From NCBI GenBank assembly GCA_944393225.1, contig CALXZK010000009.1:2104-66103 (forward strand): a DNA stretch of 64,000 nucleotides. The letters run 5' to 3'. The notes under the pieces were generated by a model. It did no database searches and had not been told where the DNA came from. It worked only from the letters and a program-made list of their open reading frames with translations. This DNA is from an uncultured Alphaproteobacteria bacterium (GTDB taxonomy: Bacteria > Pseudomonadota > Alphaproteobacteria > RF32 > CAG-239). This document shows positions 45,835 through 55,080 of this stretch, piece by piece (within the stretch, counting starts at the first letter, position 1; every line of letters starts with the position of its first letter). A program made the position numbers and the translations under genes.

Positions 45835-48099
45835 TTAATAGATTTCAATACCATGGTCATAGGCATAGGAAATTAATTGTGGTCTTAATGTTTTTTTGTT
45901 TGATTTCAATAGGGTATGAACATAATCTGCCACTTCTTCAACATTAATACTTCTAACCATGCTTTTTACGCGTCCGAAAGATGAGCCGGACATGGATAAA
46001 TTGCGATAGCCCAATCCGATTAACGCCATAGCTTCAATCGGGTTTGATGCCATTTCGCCGCAGACTGAGCAATAAACATGATGTTGGTTGGCTTTGGTAA
46101 TGATTTCATTCATCACATTCAAAAACGGAGCCGACAAAACATCATAACGTTCGGTCAAGCGTGGATTTCCTCTATCGCAAGCAAAAATGAACTGAGCTAA
46201 ATCGTTGGTACCGATGGAAATAAAATCGGCTTGTTTGAGAAGCGAATCTAATTGAAAGATGACCGACGGAACTTCTATCATCAAACCAACATTGACTTTT
46301 GTAGGAATCTTATCGCTTTTGCGTTTTTCTTTTTCCAGCTCCAACATCAATGTTTCTTTAGCCTCTTCAAACTCTGATAAGTTGGTTATCATCGGAAACA
46401 TCACATTGAGCTCTTTGCCGGCAGCCGAACGTAAAAAGGCGCGAATCTGTTTTCTTAAAATGGCTCTTCTATCCAACGTAATGCGAATCGAGCGCCAGCC
46501 GATTGCCGGATTTTCCTCCCCGACATTTCCCCAATAAGGCAATAACTTATCGGAGCCAACATCCAAACTACGAAAGATGACTTTTTTGTCGCCGCATTTA
46601 TCCATCAATTCTTGATAATATGATATTTGACGGTCAACATCGGGCATCATCTCCGAGGCCATAAACGGAATCTCGGTACGGTACAAGCCAATACCATCAC
46701 AATTGGTGCTGTCGATATAGTCTAAATCAAAAGCCAAACCTACATTCAAATATAAATGAACATTCACCCCATCTTTGGTTTGCGCCGGAAGCTCTTTTAA
46801 CTCGGCTAATTTGGCTTGCAGACGCTCGCGTTCGGCGATTTTGGCTTTGAACTTTTCTTGTACCAATGCGGACGGACGTATATAAACATAGCCGTCCATG
46901 CCGTCAACGGCTATTGGTTCACCGGTTTTAACTTCGCTGAAAATGCCTTTTATTTTGGCAACGACCGGAATATTCAAAGCCTTTGCCACAATGGCAACGT
47001 GCATGGTCGGGGTGCCGTCTTCAATAATCAAGCCGCGGATTTTGGTATAATCATAATCCATTAAATCTGCCGGTCCCATGGTTTGAGCGACGACAATGAT
47101 ATCTTTGGCATCCACGCCTTTGGCGGAACCAAAATCGCCACTCAAATAAGAAGACAATCGGTCAGAAACATCGCGTAAATCATGCAGACGTTCTTTCAAA
47201 TAAACATCCGTGGTTCCGGACAAACGGTTCCACATATCTTCATAAGCGCGCTCTACCGCTGCTTCTGCCGTCAAACCGCTTTGAATGTTATTTACAAGTT
47301 TTTTATACCACCCTTTATCACTGGCAAACATACGGTAGGCATCTAAAATATCAACATGCTCACCCATACCGAGCTTGGCTTCCGCCAACTTTTTATCCAA
47401 ATCGGCATTCATCTGACCAAAAGCGATTTCCAAACGATGCACTTCTTTTTCTTTATCTTCAGCAAAGATTTTGGTAACGACCTGACGGCGGCGGTGAACC
47501 ACGGCAACGCCCATGCCATAACCCTTGCTCAAGCTCAGACCTTTGAGCTTATCGCGCTCATTGATATTGTTATTTTTATCAAAATTTTTGCGCCATTCTG
47601 CCATTTCGTCAGAAGAAACGATTTCGCTCAAAACCATGGCAACCGTTTCTAAAATTTCAACATCCATGGCAGAGTATTCATGAACTTCTTTGCTTTGCAG
47701 AGCCAAAACACCAATTGAACGGTGCCAACGAATTAACGGCACGCCGATATATGATTTATAGTTATCTTCCTCCAATTCCGGCTTATGAACAAACTTAGGA
47801 TGGCTCCAAGCATCGGCAACACTCAAGGTCCGGCTGTTTTGGGCAACTTCGCCGGTCAGTCCCTCGCCAAAACGGAAAATGACTTTGTTCAACGCCTCGG
47901 GGTTCATTTGATGCGCGGCAAACAAGACTAAGCGATTGCCGCCAATGGTAATATAGCAAGCCGCAGCATCTGCAGACATTTGCTCCGCAATCATTTTTAC
48001 AATTTTATTTAATTTTACCTCTATGGCATCGTTACCTTCGCTTACGCTGCGAAGTTCTTGTAAAATTTCCATCGCCTTGTTAATTGCCGGAGACTGCAT
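45835..48099 (-). CDS. ptsP: phosphoenolpyruvate-protein phosphotransferase PtsP (EI-Ntr, GAF + PEP-utilising domains)
   Basis: N-terminal GAF domain. Phospho-His region GTPTMHVAIVAKAL. C-terminal FISIGTNDLAQ. Confidence 0.9.
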   Translation of the reverse strand: MQSPAINKAMEILQELRSVSEGNDAIEVKLNKIVKMIAEQMSADAAACYITIGGNRLVLFAAHQMNPEALNKVIFRFGEGLTGEVAQNSRTLSVADAWSHPKFVHKPELEEDNYKSYIGVPLIRWHRSIGVLALQSKEVHEYSAMDVEILETVAMVLSEIVSSDEMAEWRKNFDKNNNINERDKLKGLSLSKGYGMGVAVVHRRRQVVTKIFAEDKEKEVHRLEIAFGQMNADLDKKLAEAKLGMGEHVDILDAYRMFASDKGWYKKLVNNIQSGLTAEAAVERAYEDMWNRLSGTTDVYLKERLHDLRDVSDRLSSYLSGDFGSAKGVDAKDIIVVAQTMGPADLMDYDYTKIRGLIIEDGTPTMHVAIVAKALNIPVVAKIKGIFSEVKTGEPIAVDGMDGYVYIRPSALVQEKFKAKIAERERLQAKLAELKELPAQTKDGVNVHLYLNVGLAFDLDYIDSTNCDGIGLYRTEIPFMASEMMPDVDRQISYYQELMDKCGDKKVIFRSLDVGSDKLLPYWGNVGEENPAIGWRSIRITLDRRAILRKQIRAFLRSAAGKELNVMFPMITNLSEFEEAKETLMLELEKEKRKSDKIPTKVNVGLMIEVPSVIFQLDSLLKQADFISIGTNDLAQFIFACDRGNPRLTERYDVLSAPFLNVMNEIITKANQHHVYCSVCGEMASNPIEAMALIGLGYRNLSMSGSSFGRVKSMVRSINVEEVADYVHTLLKSNKKTLRPQLISYAYDHGIEIY

Positions 48100-48197
48100 T
48101 GTTTTTAACCTTAAAAATTTTTTCTATTGTGATTTTCTTTATATTATTTATATTATCTTTCATCAAGTTAATTTTTATAAATTAAAGGATAAAAAAT

Positions 48198-48560
48198 ATG
48201 ACAAATAACTATAAAAGAGGCGATAAAGATACTCGTCCATGGGGTACTTGGGAAGTTTTGGACAGCGGAGACGGTTTTTGCGTTAAAAGAATCTGTGTTA
48301 CTCCGGGAAATATTCTTTCTTTGCAACTCCACCACTATCGTGCAGAACATTGGATTATTGTTAAAGGCGAAGCCGTTGTTACCCTCGGCGAAGAAAAACT
48401 CGTTAAAAAAGCTAACGAAGCCGTTTATATTCCTGCCGAAACCAAACACCGCATTCAAAATAACACCAAAGAAAATATGGAATTTATCGAAATTCAGACC
48501 GGTGAAAATTTGGATGAAAACGACATTGTTCGTTTTGAAGACAGTTACGGTCGCGCTTAG
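48198..48560 (+). CDS. cupin, type II phosphomannose isomerase C-terminal-domain-like, 120 aa
   Basis: RPWGTWEVL...SLQLHHYRAEHWIIVKG...IPAETKHRIQN. Confidence 0.8.
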   Translation: MTNNYKRGDKDTRPWGTWEVLDSGDGFCVKRICVTPGNILSLQLHHYRAEHWIIVKGEAVVTLGEEKLVKKANEAVYIPAETKHRIQNNTKENMEFIEIQTGENLDENDIVRFEDSYGRA

Positions 48561-48583
48561 ACATAAATTTTTGTATCAAGTTC

Positions 48584-48612
48584 AAGAGTCGGTTGATTGC
48601 CGACTCTTTTTT
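48584..48612 (+). terminator. rho-independent terminator
   Basis: AAGAGTCGG-7nt-CCGACTCTT followed by TTTT. Confidence 0.75.
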
Positions 48613-48698
48613 ATAGAAAAGATTCCAAAATAGACAAATTTTCCTTGATTTTTTCTTTTTCGGCTATATAGTTTAAGAAATTTTCAAGGACATTTATC

Positions 48699-49631
48699 AT
48701 GACAAAACATATTTTACCAAGCACGGAAGAAATTCTTTTTGCTATGAGCGAACAGCCCCTTGGTGAAGGCGCTGAAGCTAAAGTTTATAAAATTCACACC
48801 AACCCAAAATATACCACTCGTGTTAGTTTGGAGTGTCCTCCGCTTAACGAGCTGGCAAAAATTATCAATGAAAATCCGTTAATTGAACAAAAAAACATTT
48901 TCGGTGAGCGTAACTTTGCGCAAACATTGGCTTATTGGAAAGACCCTAGAGACCAAAGTCTGGCTCTTTTGACAATCAATCTTTATTGTCCGGGAATTTC
49001 TATTGAAGTTTACAAAGCCGGACGCCCGAAGCCCGATGCCGAAGAAGCTCTTATCCGAACAAAGGTTTTGAGTGAAACCATTCTTAACTTGCCGGATGAG
49101 GCTATTGATATGCTCTATGATGATTTGCATTTTCTTTCTTCTCGCAAACATTCTCTTGATGTTGGCGGCGAATTATTTAACAATACCGGAAATATTTTAT
49201 ATTCTGCCGTTGACAACCGCATGTTCATTATTGACTTACAGCCATTTAGAAAAGAGTACCCCGGCATTAACCCCAACAACAAAAAAGGCTTTAACACACC
49301 GCTTTATTTAACCAGAGGTTTAATGCCCGGTGCATTCTGCTATCGTAAAGAACATGCTCAAGATCCGGATTTAATCAAATATCGTACTGAAATTGTTAAT
49401 CGCGTTATTGCCGGTGCCGAAAGAAACCATTTGAATGATGTGGGGGGATATCTTCCCGGCGATATGAATAAAATGCTGTATTATTGGGATTTGCAAATTA
49501 AAGCATTAAATATTCCCGAAAAATATCATGATAATTTCTTAAAAAGAATCGGCTCGGTTAAAGATCAACCACGTTACAGTGTTTCCAAAGAATTGCTCAC
49601 TTACGTTCGTGTTGTCGGTAATGATTTATAA
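48699..49631 (+). CDS. hypothetical protein with protein-kinase-like motifs, 310 aa
   Basis: LGEGAEAKVYKI (G-loop-like), LDVGGELFNNTGN (catalytic-loop-like D...N) and FIIDLQ (DFG-like position). Confidence 0.45.
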   Translation: MTKHILPSTEEILFAMSEQPLGEGAEAKVYKIHTNPKYTTRVSLECPPLNELAKIINENPLIEQKNIFGERNFAQTLAYWKDPRDQSLALLTINLYCPGISIEVYKAGRPKPDAEEALIRTKVLSETILNLPDEAIDMLYDDLHFLSSRKHSLDVGGELFNNTGNILYSAVDNRMFIIDLQPFRKEYPGINPNNKKGFNTPLYLTRGLMPGAFCYRKEHAQDPDLIKYRTEIVNRVIAGAERNHLNDVGGYLPGDMNKMLYYWDLQIKALNIPEKYHDNFLKRIGSVKDQPRYSVSKELLTYVRVVGNDL

Positions 49632-49633
49632 TC

Positions 49634-49672
49634 AAAAAAATCCCCTTTCCAAAACGGAAGGGGATTTTTTTT
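49634..49672. terminator. bidirectional terminator
   Basis: ATCCCCTT...AAGGGGAT stem flanked by A7 and T8. Confidence 0.7.
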
Positions 49673-49684
49673 GAATTGTTTGAA

Positions 49685-50230
49685 CTAGGTTCTTTTTGCC
49701 CAAACTTCCTTAAATTCTGAACTGCGAGAATTTTCCAGCCATTCAAAAATGGCCATTTCGACGGTTACAACATCTACACCATTGTGCAGCAAACGCTGAA
49801 CGCCTAATGCACTTTGCATCTCGTTACGAGAAGAGCACGCATCTGCCACAACAAAAACCTTATATCCTTCTTTTTGCAAATCTAATGCCGTTTGCAAAAT
49901 GCAAATGTGGGTTTCCAAACCGGCAATCACAATTTGTTTTTTTCCGGATTGTTTTATCTTTTCGCGAATCTCTTCATTTTTATAGCAAGAGAAAGTATCT
50001 TTTTCATAGTAAGTGACATCATCACCGAGCACAATGCGCAAATCGATCATCGTTGGTCCAAAGCTATTGTGATTTTGTTCTGCAACAATAAACGGAACAT
50101 TTAGCTTTTTAGCGATGTCTAACAGAGCGGCGCAACCGTTGATTACGTCTCTCGGGCTCTCTTGTGCCGGCGCCAGGTGTTCCTGCACGTCTATGATTAA
50201 CAGTAAAGAATCATCCTTCTTCATCAACAT
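49685..50230 (-). CDS. isochorismatase-family cysteine hydrolase, 181 aa
   Basis: LLLIIDVQ, IAGLETHICILQTALD and VVADACSS (catalytic Cys). Confidence 0.85.
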   Translation of the reverse strand: MLMKKDDSLLLIIDVQEHLAPAQESPRDVINGCAALLDIAKKLNVPFIVAEQNHNSFGPTMIDLRIVLGDDVTYYEKDTFSCYKNEEIREKIKQSGKKQIVIAGLETHICILQTALDLQKEGYKVFVVADACSSRNEMQSALGVQRLLHNGVDVVTVEMAIFEWLENSRSSEFKEVWAKRT

Positions 50231-50325
50231 TTCGCCCCTCCTTGTTAAATAGGTTATTGACTATCTTAACAAAATACATAATACTTCGCAATAAATAATT
50301 AAACCTTAAAATCAGAAGAAATATC

Positions 50326-51267
50326 ATGAATTTTATTGAATTAGGATTAAGTGAAAAAACCGTACAAGCCATTGAAGAATATGGCATCAAAAAAGCAACA
50401 ACCGTACAATGTGACGTTATTCCGTCGATTTTGCAAGGAAAAGACGTGTTTACAATCGCCCCGAGCGGATGCGGCAAAACCATGTCTTATGTTTTTCCGC
50501 TTGTGGATATTATCAGCAACAAAGACGGTCAAAATATTTTGATTATTACGCCGGATTCAGAACAATCTGTTTTAGTTTCCGACAGATTATCCGTTTTCAA
50601 TAAATATCATGAAATCAATGAAGCAACCGTCAAAGATGCCGATGAAGATATTGATAATGAAGCCAATGTGGTTATCGGCTCCCCCGATTTGCTGGTAGAT
50701 TTGGTTGAAAACAGCAAATTTGACTTTTCTAAAACCAACATTTTAGTTGTTGATGATATTAATCTGATTAAGAAAAACAAACAACTTAACAATTTGGAAA
50801 AAATCTTGGCTATTTTGCCGGCAGAAAAACAAAATATTGTTTATACCAACCGTCGCTCCAAAGAGACACAATCCATTTTGGAAAAAATCTTAAAAGCTCC
50901 GGAAGAAATTAAAGTTGATAAAGACAAAGAGCAAGAAGCTTCTCAAAACCAACCTTCCGAAAATGCTCAGCCTGTTGCCGAAACAATTGCTGCTGAAACT
51001 CCGGTTGAAAACAAAGATAACCGCAAAGCTAGAAACAATCGTAAAGATAAAGCCGAGAAAAACAAAAAGGTTGAAAACGCCAAACCGGCAAAAGCTAATT
51101 TATCTTCCAACCCGCAACGCGATTATGAAGCTGTTGAAATTGCCAAGAAATTTAAGTCTTTTAACGGCAAAGCTCCGGAATTTATCTTAAATAAAGGAAT
51201 TTTGGCTGATGATAAAGATTGCAGCTCTTGCTACATGGATAATTCTAAGGTTTCCAGCCCATATTAA
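50326..51267 (+). CDS. degenerate DEAD-box-like RecA1 domain protein with low-complexity basic tail, no helicase C domain, 313 aa
   Basis: Q-motif-like ATTVQ. Motif I APSGCGKT. Motif II is VVDD instead of DEAD. After ~200 aa the sequence is K/E/N/A-rich low complexity. Confidence 0.6.
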   Translation: MNFIELGLSEKTVQAIEEYGIKKATTVQCDVIPSILQGKDVFTIAPSGCGKTMSYVFPLVDIISNKDGQNILIITPDSEQSVLVSDRLSVFNKYHEINEATVKDADEDIDNEANVVIGSPDLLVDLVENSKFDFSKTNILVVDDINLIKKNKQLNNLEKILAILPAEKQNIVYTNRRSKETQSILEKILKAPEEIKVDKDKEQEASQNQPSENAQPVAETIAAETPVENKDNRKARNNRKDKAEKNKKVENAKPAKANLSSNPQRDYEAVEIAKKFKSFNGKAPEFILNKGILADDKDCSSCYMDNSKVSSPY

Positions 51268-51287
51268 TTTTTTCTTATAAAAATCAA

Positions 51288-51320
51288 AAAGCTCCGAAAT
51301 TTCGGAGCTTTTCTTTTCTT
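51288..51320. terminator. bidirectional terminator
   Basis: Palindrome AAAGCTCCGAAATTTCGGAGCTTT. Confidence 0.7.
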
Positions 51321-51323
51321 AGC

Positions 51324-51473
51324 TTACCAAGGAATGCCGTTGATGCAGCGTTCCGGTTTGGTTTGGCAAATATCATTACCCATATCATAAAGTTTTTTTC
51401 TATCGGGTTTCATTTCACCAACCGTGCAGGCGCTGATTAAAAACAACAAAAGAATGCATATTATTTTTTTCAT
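51324..51473 (-). CDS. small lipoprotein, 49 aa (below the ORF-track cutoff)
   Basis: Manual translation gives MKKIICILLLFLISACTVGEMKPDRKKLYDMGNDICQTKPERCINGIPW, with lipobox LISAC. Terminator immediately downstream. Confidence 0.5.
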   Translation of the reverse strand: MKKIICILLLFLISACTVGEMKPDRKKLYDMGNDICQTKPERCINGIPW

Positions 51474-51488
51474 CTATCTTCTCTTATC

Positions 51489-51857
51489 TTATAAAATTGA
51501 CCAAATGTTTATTGCCAAGAATGCTGCTATCAATAAACGAGATAAAAATTTTAAGATATTGCTACGCTCAAAACTTGCTGAACTACGCAAGGTCCCCAGC
51601 CAAACACAGATGCTGTAATATAAGAAAAAGATAACGGCTCCAACATAGCATAAAGTAAAGAAAATGGCCCAGCCGTTAAATTTAATCGGATTAAAATAGT
51701 GCAAATAATAATCGACCAATCTTAAATTGCCGATTTGCTTTTGCAGCAAAAACTCAAAAATGCGGACAAAGAAATGAACAACCAAAACGCCAAATATACC
51801 AAACTTCCAAAAAGTTTCGCCTAAACCAAACTCTCCACTCAAAAGTTTTTTTATCAT
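51489..51857 (-). CDS. small membrane protein, 122 aa
   Basis: Start moved to ATG 51857 (MIKKLLSGEFGLGETFW), which has GAGGA 5 nt upstream. The track start is 51953. Confidence 0.5.
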   Translation of the reverse strand: MIKKLLSGEFGLGETFWKFGIFGVLVVHFFVRIFEFLLQKQIGNLRLVDYYLHYFNPIKFNGWAIFFTLCYVGAVIFFLYYSICVWLGTLRSSASFERSNILKFLSRLLIAAFLAINIWSIL

Positions 51858-51985
51858 TTTGTTCCTCTTATTTGTTATCGATACGCAAATAGTCTTATAA
51901 ATTTGCTCTTTTAGCAAGCAAAACAAGACGATTGCACACAAAAAAAGCCCCAAAGTTGTTCTTTGAGGCTTTTAATTTTGATATA

Positions 51986-53368
51986 TCAGCAGTTTGCTAC
52001 ATTAACAGCCAAACCGCCCAAAGATGTTTCTTTATATTTATTATTCATATCGCGACCGGTATCAAACATGGTTTTGATAACGCTATCCAAAGATACCAAG
52101 TGGTTGCCATCTCCTTTCATGGCAATACGCGCGGAATTAACCGCCTTCACGGCACCCATGGCATTGCGCTCAATACACGGAACTTGCACTAAGCCGGCTA
52201 AAGGATCGCAAGTTAAACCTAAATTGTGTTCCATGGCAATTTCAGCCGCATTTTCAATTTGTTTTGGTGTTCCGCCCATTGCTGCTGCTAAGCCTGCGGC
52301 TGCCATTGAGCAGGCAACCCCCACCTCTCCTTGGCAACCGACTTCGGCACCCGAGATGGAAGCATTGGTACGATATAAGCTGCAAATGGCCGATGCCGTC
52401 AGCATAAAGTTTTGCAAACCTTCTTCCACGCTAAACTTAGACTTGTTGGCGGCAAAGCGCTCATAATAGCGCAAAACTGAAGGCATGACACCTGCTGAAC
52501 CCATGGTCGGTGCAGTGACGATTTGTCCGCCGCAAGCATTTTCTTCGGCAACGGCAAAGCCCCACAAATTTATCCAGTCTATCATCAATAACGGATCATA
52601 ATCGTTATTGCGGAATTTTTCTTCCAAGCGCAAATAAATGTCATGCGCACGGCGCGGAATGTTCAATCCTCCGGGGAGAATGCCGCTTGACTTCATGCCA
52701 CGTTCAATGGAATTTTGCATAATACCATAGATTTTATGAATACCTCTGACAACTTCTTCTTTGGGGCGAAGCGCGCATTCGTTTGCCATAACCAGTTCAG
52801 CTATACTCATATTATTTTTTTCGCAAAGCTCAATTAACTCAGCGCAGGTATCAAAATTATACGGTACGTTATAAGGCTCGCGCTCGATACGTTTGGAAAT
52901 TTCATCTTGGCGCGCAATGGTTCCGCCACCAACTGAAAAATAGGTTTCTTCAAGTAGCAAATTACCATCGGCATCGTAAGACTTAAAGGTCATACCGTTG
53001 GAATGTTCCGGCAAGAAAATGTCTTTTTTGAAAATAATGTCTTTTTCAATATCAAACGGTATCACTTTTTCGTGATCTGCTTGCAAGGTCTTATCGCGCT
53101 CAATCGCCAACATATAAGCATGTTCGGGATTGATTTCATCTGCTTCCAAACCCATCAGTCCGTAACAAATGGCTTTAACCGTTCCGTGTCCGACACCGGT
53201 TAAGGCCAAAGAACCATACAATGTTGTTTCAATTTTTGCCAATGCGGCAAATTTTCCGCTCGCACGCAGATTTTTGATATATCTTTTGGCGGCGCGCATC
53301 GGACCGACCGTGTGAGAACTTGACGGTCCGATACCAATAGAAAATATTTCAAAGAAACTGTAATACAT
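51986..53368 (-). CDS. sdaA: L-serine ammonia-lyase (Fe-S dependent, single chain)
   Basis: [20 protein letters not shown]-terminus, the [10 protein letters not shown] region, and the C-terminal alpha-domain pattern. Confidence 0.92.
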   Translation of the reverse strand: MYYSFFEIFSIGIGPSSSHTVGPMRAAKRYIKNLRASGKFAALAKIETTLYGSLALTGVGHGTVKAICYGLMGLEADEINPEHAYMLAIERDKTLQADHEKVIPFDIEKDIIFKKDIFLPEHSNGMTFKSYDADGNLLLEETYFSVGGGTIARQDEISKRIEREPYNVPYNFDTCAELIELCEKNNMSIAELVMANECALRPKEEVVRGIHKIYGIMQNSIERGMKSSGILPGGLNIPRRAHDIYLRLEEKFRNNDYDPLLMIDWINLWGFAVAEENACGGQIVTAPTMGSAGVMPSVLRYYERFAANKSKFSVEEGLQNFMLTASAICSLYRTNASISGAEVGCQGEVGVACSMAAAGLAAAMGGTPKQIENAAEIAMEHNLGLTCDPLAGLVQVPCIERNAMGAVKAVNSARIAMKGDGNHLVSLDSVIKTMFDTGRDMNNKYKETSLGGLAVNVANC

Positions 53369-55080
53369 TAGAAATATGTCCTGATTTCAATATAAGGTTT
53401 GATACCGATTTCTTGCAAAGTTTTGGCAATATATTTATGAATGTCTTTCCATTCGGTATATTTATCAATAAATTCTTTGGCTTTTTGTGCCGATTTGGAA
53501 AGTTGAACCTCAATTGTTTCTGCCAAAATTTTATTCATGACTTCCGGCAATTTGGCAAAGTCAATCTCCAATTTGTTATCGCCATTAAAACGAATGGCTC
53601 CGTGTTCCAACAAATAGTTAAAGTGGATTAAATCGCCCATGCGGTGCGGCTGAATCAGCTGCGGTTTAGCTTTCAAGAAAATGCGAACAATCCATGTGGT
53701 GTAAACTTCTTTCAAGGTCTTTTCATCAATGATACCGGCTTTAACATATTGCGGCATCATAGCGATAGAAACGACATCGGCTTTGTTTTCTTCAATGGTG
53801 TGTTTGTATAAGCCCAAAGAATTTTTGAAGCTGCTGTCCGGTCCTAAAGAGTGACCGTTTTCATGACCGATGACAAAAATATGTTCTGCTTCGGGATTAT
53901 AATATTGATGCAGATTTTCTGCCACCAGCGCATTTAACAACTTTTTAGCACGCTCTTTATCTTGGCTCATTCTGACCTGACGGTGATATACGTTTCTTCT
54001 GCCACCGCCGGTTTTGATAGAAAGTTTATCGTCATTCGGCAAGTTTTGAGCTGTGGTAATCCCTCCGCGGCATTGAGCATAATCGCCTTTCAAAGCAATC
54101 AAATCCACATCGACCATGGTTTGCTTCAAATCATTACCCGATGCGATATTTTGTTTGTATTTATCGGCATAGGGCATTAAACCTGCCAAGTTTTTCATTT
54201 GTTCCTTAAATGTCAGCAATAAATCCGTGCCTTTTTTATTAACGATGCCGACACGAACGCCCAACATATCTTTGGAATTTACCTCAATGCCCAAATTGTC
54301 CAACATAGATTTCAACTCGGCATTATCGCAAATGGTCGGGGTCATTTCATCGTCATAATTTTCGCGGCTGATTGTAAATTCCAGTGGTGAATTTTGCAAA
54401 ACCGCCCAATGCTTATCGGCCAACATATCCATGTCTTCATTATTTTGAATCAAGGCTTGAGCTTGCCAACCGAGATATTCTTTGAAAGCTTCATCCGTGG
54501 TATAATGTGCGGCAACTTCAAGCTCATTGGCAATGGCAGAAAATTGTTTTTCAAAATATTTGGTATAGTCAATACCTTCAAGCTCATCACCTTTTCTTCG
54601 AACCATGGTACGAGCGCTCAAAATGCGACGAACTTCTTCATTTTTTCCTGCCTGCAACATTTTTTTGATGATGTGATGAAACTCTTCTACGCTCAAATCT
54701 GCCGGATAAAAATTGCGTCCGGGAATGATTTTGACGTCTTTGAAAATTTGTACCGGTTCAGGGTCTATTCCGTTTAAGCCGGCAACACCGTTAAAGCAAT
54801 TGAACAAGCGCAAAGCTTTGGCTGCATGACTGTTGTTCGGAGCTGCTTGTTCCAAAGCCTTTTTCAGACGAAAATTGAGCGGGTGGTCTTGTTCCAAAGA
54901 AACATCATTCATAATCTCGGCTGCTTTTACCAAATGAGTGATAACTTTCTTTTCGCTTTCAGGCAAATTTTTATAGCCGTCAAACTCCGGCGTTATCAAT
55001 TCTATCGGGCGCAACTTCTTGGCAAAGATTTCATCTAACTCTTCTTCGCTCAAGTTTAATTCATATCCGTCAATTTTCAT
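53368..55080 (-). CDS. zinc metallopeptidase, DPP-III/M49-like, 570 aa
   Basis: VIGHENGHSLGP (HExxH) followed by IEENKADVV (EExxAD-like second zinc motif). Confidence 0.55.
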   Translation of the reverse strand: MKIDGYELNLSEEELDEIFAKKLRPIELITPEFDGYKNLPESEKKVITHLVKAAEIMNDVSLEQDHPLNFRLKKALEQAAPNNSHAAKALRLFNCFNGVAGLNGIDPEPVQIFKDVKIIPGRNFYPADLSVEEFHHIIKKMLQAGKNEEVRRILSARTMVRRKGDELEGIDYTKYFEKQFSAIANELEVAAHYTTDEAFKEYLGWQAQALIQNNEDMDMLADKHWAVLQNSPLEFTISRENYDDEMTPTICDNAELKSMLDNLGIEVNSKDMLGVRVGIVNKKGTDLLLTFKEQMKNLAGLMPYADKYKQNIASGNDLKQTMVDVDLIALKGDYAQCRGGITTAQNLPNDDKLSIKTGGGRRNVYHRQVRMSQDKERAKKLLNALVAENLHQYYNPEAEHIFVIGHENGHSLGPDSSFKNSLGLYKHTIEENKADVVSIAMMPQYVKAGIIDEKTLKEVYTTWIVRIFLKAKPQLIQPHRMGDLIHFNYLLEHGAIRFNGDNKLEIDFAKLPEVMNKILAETIEVQLSKSAQKAKEFIDKYTEWKDIHKYIAKTLQEIGIKPYIEIRTYF

